Positions 1 through 8,828 of a stretch of 22,542 bases of DNA are shown here, in pieces (position 1 is the stretch's first letter; each line of letters begins with the position of its first letter). Source of the stretch: a virus (taxonomy: Duplodnaviria; Heunggongvirae; Uroviricota; Caudoviricetes). The notes below the pieces were generated by a model. The model ran no database searches. It was not told the origin of the DNA and saw only the letters and a list, made by a program, of their open reading frames with translations. The stretch is from positions 1-22,542 of the IMG/VR virus record IMGVR_UViG_3300014625_000037. One strand, 5' to 3'. Both the position numbers and the translations under genes were made by a program.

Positions 1-789
1 GGTGAGTGCCGGACTCGACAGCGGTGCTTTTAGTGCCAGCGCATTGTTAATGGTGGTACTGAATTTCGGGTCATTGTTAATGGCTGCGGCAATTTCTTTC
101 AGTGTGTCCAGCGTGGCTGGCGCACCGTTAATCAGAGCAGTAATAGCGGCCTGAACAAACTCAGTGGTCGCAATCCGCGTGGTGTTATTTCCTGCTGCAG
201 GCGTCGGCGCTTTTGGTTCTCCGGTAAATGTCGGATTATGTTTCTGCGCATACTGGGTATGAGGATCTTGTGCGGCAATGTGGTTTCTCATCTGGTCATC
301 CACATACAGCTTTAATTCCAGGACTTCATCATCCACGTATTTACGGGTTGCCAGCACTACAGCAGGGTCGATTTTCAGGGTGATATTGTCCGTACTGCTG
401 GTAATCAGCACCATGCGCACGGTCTGGGTGCGCCCGCTGCCTTCAGCCAGTTGCGGCTTATAGCTTTCCGGGCAGTTGCCCACAGCAATCAATGCCCCGG
501 ACTCATCAAACAGGCCCACTTCACGTATCCACCAACCGCCCTCGTTTTCAGGGATCACCTGTTCAGCAATAATCTGGCTGCTGTTCTGCGGGTCGATGTA
601 CAGCATATTCAGCGCAGCCCGGCGTTTCTCATTTACTAATGCTGTCTGCTTTGCGTCCGGCGTTGGCAATGTTCCGCCGCCATCGCCTACCGCCATATGG
701 GTAATTTTTAAAGGCACACCGAGCGCGGCGGCGCTGGCAAGTTTCGCCGCGCCAATATCCGTCAGCAGGGTATAAAATTTTGTGCTCAT
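1..789 (-). CDS. H: Tail fiber protein H, N-terminal 263 codons only; gene continues beyond the left edge of the window
   Basis: Own translation of the minus strand from ATG at 789..787 gives MSTKFYTLLTDIGAAKLASAAALGVPLKITHMAVGDGGG..., matching my recollection of the conserved P2 gpH N-terminal domain. Open to the window edge. ATGA overlap with the stop of gene I. Not in the ORF track because it is truncated. Confidence 0.8.
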   Translation of the reverse strand, partial: MSTKFYTLLTDIGAAKLASAAALGVPLKITHMAVGDGGGTLPTPDAKQTALVNEKRRAALNMLYIDPQNSSQIIAEQVIPENEGGWWIREVGLFDESGALIAVGNCPESYKPQLAEGSGRTQTVRMVLITSSTDNITLKIDPAVVLATRKYVDDEVLELKLYVDDQMRNHIAAQDPHTQYAQKHNPTFTGEPKAPTPAAGNNTTRIATTEFVQAAITALINGAPATLDTLKEIAAAINNDPKFSTTINNALALKAPLSSPALT

Positions 790-1391
790 GGATTCACTCT
801 CATTGTGTCAATAACATGGACCGCCCCGCCTTCATGCGCGGTGCCGCCAGAAATAATTGTTTCGTTGATATACGGATAGATCGTGATTTCTTCGCCAAGA
901 TAGCTTGCAGCCCCCACCCAATATGGACCGCTGGTCTGCAGGTTGATGGACATGCCGATCATGTGGCGGCTACATGGTTTGGCATCGCTTATCAGTCGCT
1001 CAAGTTCCAGATAGGTATCTTCAGTGATGCCCTGGTCCTGCACGCCGATATCCAGACGAAACGTGCCCGGTGTTTCTCCGGTATGCCACCACTCAATAAT
1101 GCGGATCAGGAAGCCGAACGGCTCCACCACCCGCCGCACGGCACTGGTGGTCCCTTTATGCTGATGAATATAAAAAGCATCCTTCACCACCTGGCGCTTG
1201 ACGCTTTCTGTCCAGCTCTCGTCCCAGCGATCCACAGAGAACGCCCAGGCGAGATAAGGCAGGAAACTGACCGGACAGGTTGCCGGATTCCACAAGTCAC
1301 GCAGCGGCACCTGCAGATCAGTAATCCCGCTGCAGGTTTGCGCCAGTCGGCGCTCCAGTGAAGTTGAACCCGGTGGCAGCAGACTATTCAT
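786..1391 (-). CDS. I: Tail/baseplate protein I (P2 gpI-like)
   Basis: 201-aa ORF, ATG start, position between J and H as in P2; sequence resembles gpI family from memory. Confidence 0.8.
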   Translation of the reverse strand: MNSLLPPGSTSLERRLAQTCSGITDLQVPLRDLWNPATCPVSFLPYLAWAFSVDRWDESWTESVKRQVVKDAFYIHQHKGTTSAVRRVVEPFGFLIRIIEWWHTGETPGTFRLDIGVQDQGITEDTYLELERLISDAKPCSRHMIGMSINLQTSGPYWVGAASYLGEEITIYPYINETIISGGTAHEGGAVHVIDTMRVNP

Positions 1392-2292
1392 CCGTTCCTC
1401 CGTTGGTTACGCTCCACTGCGTACATGATGCCGCCTGTGTTTTGTTCAGGACCACATCCGCCAGCGGCGAAGCCAGCTCCACACGCTGCACACCCTCAAC
1501 ATGCAGGGCGGCAAAGATGGCGCTACGGCGAATATCCCGGCCAAGACGCGTCTGACTGGCGATGTACTTCTGCAGACTGGCTTTTGCCGCTGCCATTACC
1601 GGCTCTGCTTCCGGTCCCGGATAGAGAAAAATGGTGGCTTCCACGCGGTACGGGATGATTTCTGCGCTGCGAACCGTCAGACGGTCAGCCACCGGGCGGA
1701 CGTTCTCACTGTTCAGGGCGTTCTCCACCACATCCAGCAGGTCTTTTTCTGCTGTTCCGTCGCCTTCGCGGCTAAGGACAGTCAGTACCACCTCTGCAGG
1801 TGCCGGGCTGGTTGCACTGGCATCCGCCACCCGACCGTCGGCGCTTCGGGCATGAAATTCATAAGCTGCGGTTGGCCCCGCAACCGAAAGCCCTTCAAAA
1901 GCCGCAGGCACACGCAGGCGTAACGCTTCATCGCTTTCCATCACAGCAGCAACGGGTGGCACAGCGTCATTATCAGCAGGCGTCACCGTCAGGCGTTTCA
2001 CGTTGTAATTGGCAGCGAGCTGGTCCAGATCGCTCCCTATGGCATAAGCCACCATCACCGCCTGCGCGGCTTCGTTAATGCGCTGGCGCAGGAGCAACTC
2101 ACGATAAGCGTTCTCCTGCAACAATTTGGTAACGGGTTCAGATTCCAGTTCCAGCGTACGCATCACTGCTTCCTGCTCATCTTTCGGATGAAGCGCTACA
2201 AATTCTGCCTTGCGTTCGGCAAGCAGCGTCTCAAAGTCCGGCACATCCACAATCTGCGGCGCAGGTAACTGCGAAAGGTCAATCACTGCCAT
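1384..2292 (-). CDS. J: Baseplate assembly protein J
   Basis: 302-aa ORF, size and order (W-J-I-H) as in P2; overlaps W and I in operon fashion. Confidence 0.85.
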   Translation of the reverse strand: MAVIDLSQLPAPQIVDVPDFETLLAERKAEFVALHPKDEQEAVMRTLELESEPVTKLLQENAYRELLLRQRINEAAQAVMVAYAIGSDLDQLAANYNVKRLTVTPADNDAVPPVAAVMESDEALRLRVPAAFEGLSVAGPTAAYEFHARSADGRVADASATSPAPAEVVLTVLSREGDGTAEKDLLDVVENALNSENVRPVADRLTVRSAEIIPYRVEATIFLYPGPEAEPVMAAAKASLQKYIASQTRLGRDIRRSAIFAALHVEGVQRVELASPLADVVLNKTQAASCTQWSVTNGGTDE

Positions 2293-2638
2293 TCTCTGCT
2301 CCTGTTGATACGGAAAGGGACACAGGCACGCCGTTATTCCGCCGCCCGGTCAGCTCCACCACCATTGAACCGTCAAAATTGCTGTTGATGGTGATGGAAT
2401 CCAGCGTCAGCCGTGGCTCCCAGCGACTCAGCGCCACATACACTGCCGACATGACCTGCAGGCGTAACGCCGGATTTTGTGGCTGGTCTATCAGTGCCGA
2501 CAGCAGGGAACCATATTCACGGCGAGCAATGCGGCTACCCTGCGGCGTCAGCAGAATGTCCCGCACCGACTGGCGCAGATGGTCAATATCAGTAATGGCT
2601 TTACCGCTGGTATTGTTCATCCCGCTATAAAGCGTCAT
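2279..2638 (-). CDS. W: Baseplate protein W (gp25/GPW-like)
   Basis: 119-aa ORF between V and J; overlapping stop/start with V (ATGA-type). Confidence 0.8.
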   Translation of the reverse strand: MTLYSGMNNTSGKAITDIDHLRQSVRDILLTPQGSRIARREYGSLLSALIDQPQNPALRLQVMSAVYVALSRWEPRLTLDSITINSNFDGSMVVELTGRRNNGVPVSLSVSTGAENGSD

Positions 2639-3213
2639 ACCGGGCCTCCGGTTGTGTCGCCGCCTTTCAGGACGCCAGTATGCTGATGTGCATCAACCAC
2701 AATTCCGTTAGAACTCATTGCACCGCCGCCCTGGGTAACACCACCATTCATCACTACTTCGCTGTTAATACGCGTGCGGTCAGCCTCCAGCACAAACTCA
2801 CTGGTTTTCATGGTGATGTTGTCAGCGGCCTCAATGACCATTGATTTGATGCCCCTGACATACCAGCGCCCGGTGGCGGGTTCGTATTCAAACCGGCCAC
2901 CGTCAGGATGTTCTGTCACGCAGGCGTCCGCCGACGTCGACGGTGGCGCAAACTGATTCGAATAGATGGCGGGTAACGCAAAGGCGGTTTCCAGATTGCC
3001 GCCCAGACTCAGCAGCACCACCTGCTCACCTTCCGATGGTCGCCACCATGTGCGGGCATTCCCGGCACGCAGCGTCAGCCAACTGATCCAGTTGGTTTCA
3101 AGCTCGCCCGTTTTCACCCGGCAAAGCCAGTTTTCCCTGTCCACTTCGGTGACTACCCCTGTGCGGATCAGGTTGGTGATAAGGCGCATGATTTCGGTTA
3201 ATTGTGCGTTCAT
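2635..3213 (-). CDS. V: Baseplate spike/assembly protein V
   Basis: 192-aa ORF, ATG start at 3213; N-terminal region resembles P2 gpV from memory; first gene of the V-W-J-I-H block. Confidence 0.8.
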   Translation of the reverse strand: MNAQLTEIMRLITNLIRTGVVTEVDRENWLCRVKTGELETNWISWLTLRAGNARTWWRPSEGEQVVLLSLGGNLETAFALPAIYSNQFAPPSTSADACVTEHPDGGRFEYEPATGRWYVRGIKSMVIEAADNITMKTSEFVLEADRTRINSEVVMNGGVTQGGGAMSSNGIVVDAHQHTGVLKGGDTTGGPV

Positions 3214-3259
3214 TTCTAAAGTGTCTCACATTAGAATGTCCTATCATTGCGAAGAAATT

Positions 3260-3277
3260 TGTATGAATGAAGATACA
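3260..3277. promoter_or_regulatory. TGT-N12-ACA dyad (candidate Ogr/Delta-type late activator site) upstream of V
   Basis: Sequence TGTatgaatgaagatACA read directly; lies in the S-V intergenic where P2 has its PV late promoter. A dyad of this form is also expected by chance several times in 22 kb. Confidence 0.3.
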
Positions 3278-3290
3278 AAATGGAGATTGA

Positions 3291-4142
3291 ATGTTTACTG
3301 TTGGTATTTACGGCTTTACTCTAACAAAGATAACTCACTTTTCATTCGGGACAATGTATCCAATAGAAACCAGTTTTTTTAAATTAAAAAAATATAGACA
3401 AGACAAGGAAAAATTATATCTTACTGCGCTCCTTGAACTTGACATCATAGACAAGAGCGAAACAGATGATATCATATTTCATCTAGAGAAAATTTTGAGT
3501 TTTATAGAACAGAGAGCAGTATTTATCAGACACCAACTAAATAATAAGACTCATAAATTTGACTTACCCATAGATTTCCCTCTCTTTATAACTCCTAATA
3601 TTAACTTATCAAGTTCAGGAGAAATCATTCTTGAAGATTGCTTTTCCAAAAACTCAAGACGCTACTTTATTGAACTTGCTATAAATAAGATCATCATTGC
3701 TAGAGATCGACCATTTACCACAATACTTCATAAAAATGTATTGGTTTTCTCTAATCCAATAAATTATCTTGATGTATCATATTACTTACTTTTTTCCGGC
3801 CTTGAGTCATTAGTTCGAGAACGTGAGAATGATTTTAAATCAAACATTACGCCAATAATGTATCGTTACCTCAAAAAGCATGGGTTTAATATAAATCAAC
3901 AAAACAATAAACATCATGACATCTCACTTGATATTTACTGTAGCTTAAGGAACGCATTATTTCACAATGGTCAATTCCAAACCATGCCGATGAAAAGAGG
4001 CTCTAAAACAATCAGTTTTGCACTAAAGGATTTTTACTCACAATTTAAACGATTAAACTGCCTCGTCATATTAAAAGAAGCAGAATTCAGCGATCATCAT
4101 ATCAACTGGAATTTTAGTGATTATAGAAACCCTTTTATATAA
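3291..4142 (+). CDS. AT-rich moron: hypothetical 283-aa protein with C-terminal HEPN-like R-x4-H motif (candidate abortive-infection/RNase-type defence protein)
   Basis: ATG at 3291 preceded by GGAG (3282-3285). Opposite strand to all flanking late genes. Strongly AT-rich codon usage (Ile/Asn/Lys/Phe rich). Motif RNALFH at residues 220-225 (nt 3948-3965). Confidence 0.6.
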   Translation: MFTVGIYGFTLTKITHFSFGTMYPIETSFFKLKKYRQDKEKLYLTALLELDIIDKSETDDIIFHLEKILSFIEQRAVFIRHQLNNKTHKFDLPIDFPLFITPNINLSSSGEIILEDCFSKNSRRYFIELAINKIIIARDRPFTTILHKNVLVFSNPINYLDVSYYLLFSGLESLVRERENDFKSNITPIMYRYLKKHGFNINQQNNKHHDISLDIYCSLRNALFHNGQFQTMPMKRGSKTISFALKDFYSQFKRLNCLVILKEAEFSDHHINWNFSDYRNPFI

Positions 4143-4143
4143 C

Positions 4144-4590
4144 TCACCCTGACAACCAATGAAGTAAAATATCATGAGTGATGGCCTCTAACTCATCGTT
4201 GCTCCCCAACAACTGCCGCTCTGCGTACCGTACCTCCGGTCCTTTGCGACTGACGCGATCACGTAGGCCGTAATGGTGAACACGGGCAATTCGCTGCACC
4301 TTACCTTCAAACTGCACGCTGGCAGAGTCGGCGCTGGCGGCAGTTTTCAGGTATTTTGTGGTGCGCAGCTTTGCAAACATCTGACGTTTGATGCGCCCCT
4401 TCTTGCTGCGTGCTGTTACCCTGCGCGGTTCATAACTGCTGCCATCTGGATTGCGCTGCATCCTGATATTCTGCTGCTGTGTCCGGCGCAGTTCCTGCGC
4501 CAGCTGGCGCATCATGCGGCTTCTCGTGGCTGGTTCCAGATTCGCCAGTAAGGCACTCAGCCAGTCGTCCACCTTCTGCAGTTCAGCCAC
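4144..4590 (-). CDS. S: Tail completion / virion morphogenesis protein (P2 gpS family)
   Basis: 148-aa ORF; motif QRNPDGSSYEPRR...KKGRIKR...RIARVHHYGLRD is typical of the phage virion morphogenesis family as I recall it. Apparent GTG start at 4590 overlapping the endolysin stop. Confidence 0.7.
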   Translation of the reverse strand: MAELQKVDDWLSALLANLEPATRSRMMRQLAQELRRTQQQNIRMQRNPDGSSYEPRRVTARSKKGRIKRQMFAKLRTTKYLKTAASADSASVQFEGKVQRIARVHHYGLRDRVSRKGPEVRYAERQLLGSNDELEAITHDILLHWLSG

Positions 4591-5161
4591 GTTTCACCGT
4601 CCACATTTCTTCAGGTTCATCGGGTTCTGCTACAGCTTCAACGCTCGACACACTGCCGTCAGTGCTGACCAGCACACGTTCCGTCAGTTGCAGGTTATCC
4701 AGCCCCTGATTAAACACACCTTTTACATACACCCAGCGCGGCAACTGTCGGCACGCATCCGCCCAGCGCCGCTGATTGAGCAATTTCACCAGCGTGGAAC
4801 TGCAGGCATTGCCCGTTCCCACGTTGAAGGCAAACGACACTGCAGCGTCATACACCTTCTGCGGCGGCTGTTGCTTCACACACCTTTCCAGCGCCCGCTC
4901 CACACGCAGCACGTTGGAGATCAGCCCTTCCGCTGCATGTCGTTCCGTAATGGTTTTGCCCGGGATGACGCCCGATGTATTACCAATGCCGTCGGTCCAG
5001 ACACCCGCGCTGCACTGATACGGCTGCAGACGACAGCCTTCGTAATCAGCAATCAGTTTCAGCCCCTCCATGGAGGTGTGAAGCTGCTGAAAACCCGGCA
5101 GCGTGGCAGCAATAGCCAGCACGGTCCCGACAAGGCAGCGTTTAACGATTGATGGATTCAT
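4583..5161 (-). CDS. Endolysin, T4-lysozyme-like glycosidase with N-terminal signal-anchor-release (SAR) segment
   Basis: 192-aa ORF; strong RBS GGGAGG upstream of ATG 5161; hydrophobic N-terminal stretch LVGTVLAIAATL; catalytic spacing E41-x8-C50-x5-T56 (E-8-D/C-5-T signature). Confidence 0.8.
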   Translation of the reverse strand: MNPSIVKRCLVGTVLAIAATLPGFQQLHTSMEGLKLIADYEGCRLQPYQCSAGVWTDGIGNTSGVIPGKTITERHAAEGLISNVLRVERALERCVKQQPPQKVYDAAVSFAFNVGTGNACSSTLVKLLNQRRWADACRQLPRWVYVKGVFNQGLDNLQLTERVLVSTDGSVSSVEAVAEPDEPEEMWTVKRG

Positions 5162-5357
5162 AGTCCTCCCGCGAGATCTGCCCGTCGCGCAGAAGCTGGT
5201 AGGCTTTGTGTTTGTAGTACCAGTTGATAGCCAGCATCAGCACACCAATCATCAGGCCGCCCAGCGTTGAGGCATCCTTGATGGACAAATCGCCCAGCCA
5301 GGCCAGCACGACGGCGATGCAATACGTGATAAAGGCGCTGATTCGCTCAAGCGTCAT
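5142..5357 (-). CDS. Holin, small two-TMD type (pinholin-like)
   Basis: 71-aa ORF immediately upstream of the endolysin; two hydrophobic segments (ISAFITYCIAVVLAWLG, LGGLMIGVLMLAINWYY) and a charged C-terminus. Confidence 0.65.
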   Translation of the reverse strand: MTLERISAFITYCIAVVLAWLGDLSIKDASTLGGLMIGVLMLAINWYYKHKAYQLLRDGQISREDYESINR

Positions 5358-5360
5358 AAT

Positions 5361-5564
5361 TCAGTCCCATAGCTGGACGGTCTGCACGGTGGTGGTTGTC
5401 GGTATGTCCGGCAGCTCCACCTGCAGCCCGTGAGGTAAAAAGGGGCCGTATTCGGCAAGCCCCGGATTTGCCTTCAGTACCTGCTCCGTGACACCCTGCG
5501 TGCGCCCGTAATGACGCCAGCAAAGCGCGTCCACCGTGTCATACTGATACGCACGCACTTTCAT
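5361..5564 (-). CDS. X: Tail protein X
   Basis: 67-aa ORF, same length as P2 gpX and similar sequence from memory (...YGRT.GV.E.VL.ANPGLAE...LPHG..VELPD...). Confidence 0.85.
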   Translation of the reverse strand: MKVRAYQYDTVDALCWRHYGRTQGVTEQVLKANPGLAEYGPFLPHGLQVELPDIPTTTTVQTVQLWD

Positions 5565-6028
5565 CAGATAAGCTCCACTGTGCAGTGCGGCGCATCCTGC
5601 ACCCGGCTGATGGCCCAGCGGGCGTCACGCCATAAATCACCGCTTGCTTCCGCCAGTTCCTCGCCCCGCTTCACACCGGATGCCGTGGCGTCATAGTCCT
5701 GATAACGCTCGTTGAGCATGGCGCGTGCCCAGCAGTAAACCGCGTTGAAATAGTGATGAATGCGCTCACTTTTGCCGTCCAGCTGTTCCGCCGGAACCTC
5801 AGCCAGCGACGCATACCCCAGCATCTGCTGACGTCTGCGAAACTCATACAACTCTGCGTTGACCTCCGAAATTGCCGACAGGGCAGCCTGCTTTAAACGC
5901 GGCTGCGTCACCGTGCCGTCAGTGCGCATGACACTGCGAAACTCCGACAGGTCCACATCAGGCCAGAACGGCGTATTTCTAATGATTTCCGCCTGTTCCG
6001 GTGCCTGTTCTGGCGCAACAAACTTCAT
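5564..6028 (-). CDS. L: Head completion/stabilisation protein L
   Basis: Track ORF is 5564..6091 with a GTG start; I prefer ATG at 6028 with AGGAG 8 nt upstream (MKFVAPEQ...). Position between M and X as in P2. Confidence 0.75.
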   Translation of the reverse strand: MKFVAPEQAPEQAEIIRNTPFWPDVDLSEFRSVMRTDGTVTQPRLKQAALSAISEVNAELYEFRRRQQMLGYASLAEVPAEQLDGKSERIHHYFNAVYCWARAMLNERYQDYDATASGVKRGEELAEASGDLWRDARWAISRVQDAPHCTVELI

Positions 6029-6123
6029 GCTGCTTTCTCCTGAAATAGAGGGCGGTGGACGGGGTTTTGATGTGGCAGTGCCTTTCGCCACCCCGTGCCG
6101 CCCGTGCGCGGGGGCACGTTCTG

Positions 6124-6774
6124 TCAGCGGCTGTCATTGCGCAGTCTGCGCTCCAGCTGCTGTTTGTCTTTTTTCACGCCACAGCGGGGATCGAGCTGTA
6201 ACGCATGGTTGAGATGATTAAGGGCGGAAGCCGGGTTGCTTTCACTCAGGACAGCGCCAATCGCTTTATGCAGACGCGCCCGTGACTGGTCCGGCATATC
6301 CAGACCGTCTGTCAGCTCCAGCGTCTGCAGCAACAGATCGGCATCAAAGCCGGTGGCGGCAAGCATTGCGCTCTGCGCCGCGTCTGCCATTTCCTCTGCC
6401 AGCACGGTCTGCACATTGCGGTTACCCAGCGGCATCACCCAGCCATGACGCAGGGCGTGATGCCCGATCTCCAGCGCCCCGGCATAATCTCCGGCATCAA
6501 TGCGCCACAGCATCACGTACATCAGCACGTCATCCTGTTGAGCGCCTCCAGCAGCCAAGACGCCCTCCGCCCAGGCGGCGTACTTCGGCAGCAGCTCCAC
6601 TTTGATTTCCGCTTTTTTGACCGTGGACTGAACGCCCTTGAGACGGCGGCGGTCTTCCGCCAGTTGCAGCAGCATCAGGTCATAGCCCGACGCGTGGCGA
6701 ACACTGCCGCCCTCGCGGGCGGCCTGTTCAGCCTGAACGCGCAGGCGATGCTGCCGTGCGGGACTCAGGCTCAT
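6124..6774 (-). CDS. M: Terminase small (endonuclease) subunit M
   Basis: 216-aa ORF downstream of N, order O-N-M-L as in P2. Confidence 0.8.
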   Translation of the reverse strand: MSLSPARQHRLRVQAEQAAREGGSVRHASGYDLMLLQLAEDRRRLKGVQSTVKKAEIKVELLPKYAAWAEGVLAAGGAQQDDVLMYVMLWRIDAGDYAGALEIGHHALRHGWVMPLGNRNVQTVLAEEMADAAQSAMLAATGFDADLLLQTLELTDGLDMPDQSRARLHKAIGAVLSESNPASALNHLNHALQLDPRCGVKKDKQQLERRLRNDSR

Positions 6775-6777
6775 GAA

Positions 6778-7836
6778 TTACGCTCCGGTTTCTGCGGCGG
6801 CGGCGCTGAAGTCGCCAATCTGGATGTTTTCCACCAGTGCGGCGCAGCGGTAGTCCTCAACCACATAGGCTTCGTTAACGGATTCAAAGTTTTCAATCCG
6901 GTCACGTTTCGGGTTGTCGATAACTGAACGGCGGCGGGTGTCTTCCTGCCAGTAGATGGACAGGTTATCCAGACGGGTGATCAGCAGTGCATTCGGCGGG
7001 AAGAATGGCGCACGCACGGCCTGCAGGCCGCCCATGCGTTTCTGACTGATGATCATATCGGCAGCCAGTTTTTCACTGTTTTCCTGCTCTTTGTTGACCA
7101 GCGGGAAATACTTGTCAGACAGCAGTTCACGACCGCAAATCACCACCAGATCGTCATCGTCCTGGTAGACCACATCGATAAGTTCATTGACAGCATCCAT
7201 CACCACGGCGTCCAGGTTAGCATATTCGCCACCTTTCCCGACTTTCACCGCACCCGGAGTGGTTTCACCGCCCGTGGTGGTGCTGCCCATGACGTGATCC
7301 GGTGCATCCTCACGGATTTTTTGCAGCCAGCCTTTGTTCACATCCTGCAGCAACGGGTTTTCACTACGGTTGGAGGTTTTCGCACGCTTCACGCCGTTAA
7401 AGCCGATCATGATGCGGTCCAGTGCCTGACGTTTCACGATGGCGTCACGGATACGCACCTGGAAATCCTGAAACTTCGCCCACAGGTCCAGCTTCGCGTA
7501 GGTCAGCACCGTGTCAAAGTTGGTCTGCTCGCATTTATATTCCACATCGACCATCAGCGTCGGATCGACAGGCTCACGCTCTTTCGCGGTGGTGTCAGTG
7601 GTTCCGGCAATGGTGCTGCCAACACCCAGCCCCAGCAACTGACCGGACTGCTCAGTCACTGGCGTGACGTTAATCAGCGTCAGGAAGGCGGCGGACTGCT
7701 GGATCTGGTCTTCCAGCGTCTGCTGCACAGACGGCTCCACAGTGAATTTGCTGGACAGTTCTTCAACTGCCACACCGTTCAGACGCGCCAGCTGCTGCAG
7801 GTAAGCGTTAAAAGCAAAGCGGGTATTCTTCTTCAT
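6778..7836 (-). CDS. N: Major capsid protein N
   Basis: 352-aa ORF, size and position match P2 gpN. Confidence 0.85.
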   Translation of the reverse strand: MKKNTRFAFNAYLQQLARLNGVAVEELSSKFTVEPSVQQTLEDQIQQSAAFLTLINVTPVTEQSGQLLGLGVGSTIAGTTDTTAKEREPVDPTLMVDVEYKCEQTNFDTVLTYAKLDLWAKFQDFQVRIRDAIVKRQALDRIMIGFNGVKRAKTSNRSENPLLQDVNKGWLQKIREDAPDHVMGSTTTGGETTPGAVKVGKGGEYANLDAVVMDAVNELIDVVYQDDDDLVVICGRELLSDKYFPLVNKEQENSEKLAADMIISQKRMGGLQAVRAPFFPPNALLITRLDNLSIYWQEDTRRRSVIDNPKRDRIENFESVNEAYVVEDYRCAALVENIQIGDFSAAAAETGA

Positions 7837-7852
7837 CGGGTTTTGTGCTCCA

Positions 7853-8686
7853 TCAGCAATTGGTCAGAGTGTCAGCGGGGGCGTTACCGCCTGTTGCACG
7901 CTGGCGGTAGTCCTGGCGGCTGTCTTCATGACTCAGCTTGTCCACCAGTTCGTTAAAGGCGGTCTGCTGTGCCTGCAGGGCAGTCTCCAGCTCAGACAGG
8001 CGTTCTTCCTGCTCAGACAGGGATTTTTCGGTGCGTGCGCTCAGGTTCTGCTGCTCAGTGGCGACCAGCTCCACGGCCTTATGCACATCAGAGAACCGGG
8101 CGTCATCGGACTGCTCTTTTTTGGTAAACAGCGCCGTGACGCGGGCAAACAGGGACGGTTTGTCGTCCTGGACTTCTTCCAGTTCGATCACCGTTTCCTC
8201 TGCAGCGGTAAAAAGATTGGCGGGATTCTGCTTGCGGTTTGCCAGCGGGTTATGGGCTGCACTGGCGCTGAATGTCAGCATTTCCGTACCCAGACTGGCG
8301 GGATCATCAGTGGCAGCCAGGCCGACCAGATAGGCTTTGCCCGTATCAGCGAACTTCGGGCTGACTTCCATAGAGGTGAATAATTTCTGGCCTTTTTTCA
8401 CCAGTTCCACCAGGGACTCCGTTGGCTCAACGTCGGCATACAGCGCCATCTTGCCTGCCAGCGGACCTTCCGTGATTTCTTCAGCAAACAGCGCCGTCAC
8501 CTTGCCGTAGCGGTTAAAGGTGCTGTCCGGCAGATAAGACTTGATGTGCTCAAGGTTAATCAGCGCGGTATACACCGCCGGGTTGTAGCTGGCTGCCATC
8601 TGTTCCAGCCATTCACGCTGGATTTCGCGTCCGTCGGTGGTGGCACCTTCCACCCCGATGCGAAAACGCTTTGCTTTCACTGTCAT
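7853..8686 (-). CDS. O: Capsid scaffolding protein O
   Basis: 277-aa ORF; N-terminus (FRIGVEG...DGR.I....) and Ala/Glu/Gln-rich coiled-coil C-terminus ending ...TNC resemble P2 gpO. Confidence 0.85.
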   Translation of the reverse strand: MTVKAKRFRIGVEGATTDGREIQREWLEQMAASYNPAVYTALINLEHIKSYLPDSTFNRYGKVTALFAEEITEGPLAGKMALYADVEPTESLVELVKKGQKLFTSMEVSPKFADTGKAYLVGLAATDDPASLGTEMLTFSASAAHNPLANRKQNPANLFTAAEETVIELEEVQDDKPSLFARVTALFTKKEQSDDARFSDVHKAVELVATEQQNLSARTEKSLSEQEERLSELETALQAQQTAFNELVDKLSHEDSRQDYRQRATGGNAPADTLTNC

Positions 8687-8764
8687 GAGCCGTGCTCCGT
8701 TAGAAAAAACTTACTGGAGCCTTATGGTTGCGGTGATAGGGGCAGTGAAACAATGCGCGGTATT

Positions 8765-8782
8765 TGTACCGACAACCACACA
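8765..8782. promoter_or_regulatory. TGT-N12-ACA dyad in the divergent O/P late promoter region
   Basis: TGTaccgacaaccacACA read directly; centred about 85 nt upstream of the O start codon in the O-P intergenic region. Confidence 0.35.
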
Positions 8783-8828
8783 AACCGCAGGCGGGGAAAG
8801 CCTTCATTCAAGGCTGTAGGTTTGTGCC

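Noticed and set aside
780-1361. 193-aa plus-strand ORF
   Set aside because: Lies entirely antisense to tail gene I and gene H; typical shadow ORF in GC-rich coding DNA, with no independent start or RBS support.
3247-3275. Sigma70-type promoter for the moron (TTGCGA -35 with weak -10)
   Set aside because: The -10 candidate is poor and spacing ambiguous; not supportable without transcript mapping.
4451-5152. 233-aa plus-strand ORF
   Set aside because: Antisense to the endolysin and S genes; its composition mirrors the real genes on the other strand.
7294-7956. 220-aa plus-strand ORF
   Set aside because: Antisense to the major capsid gene N; shadow ORF.
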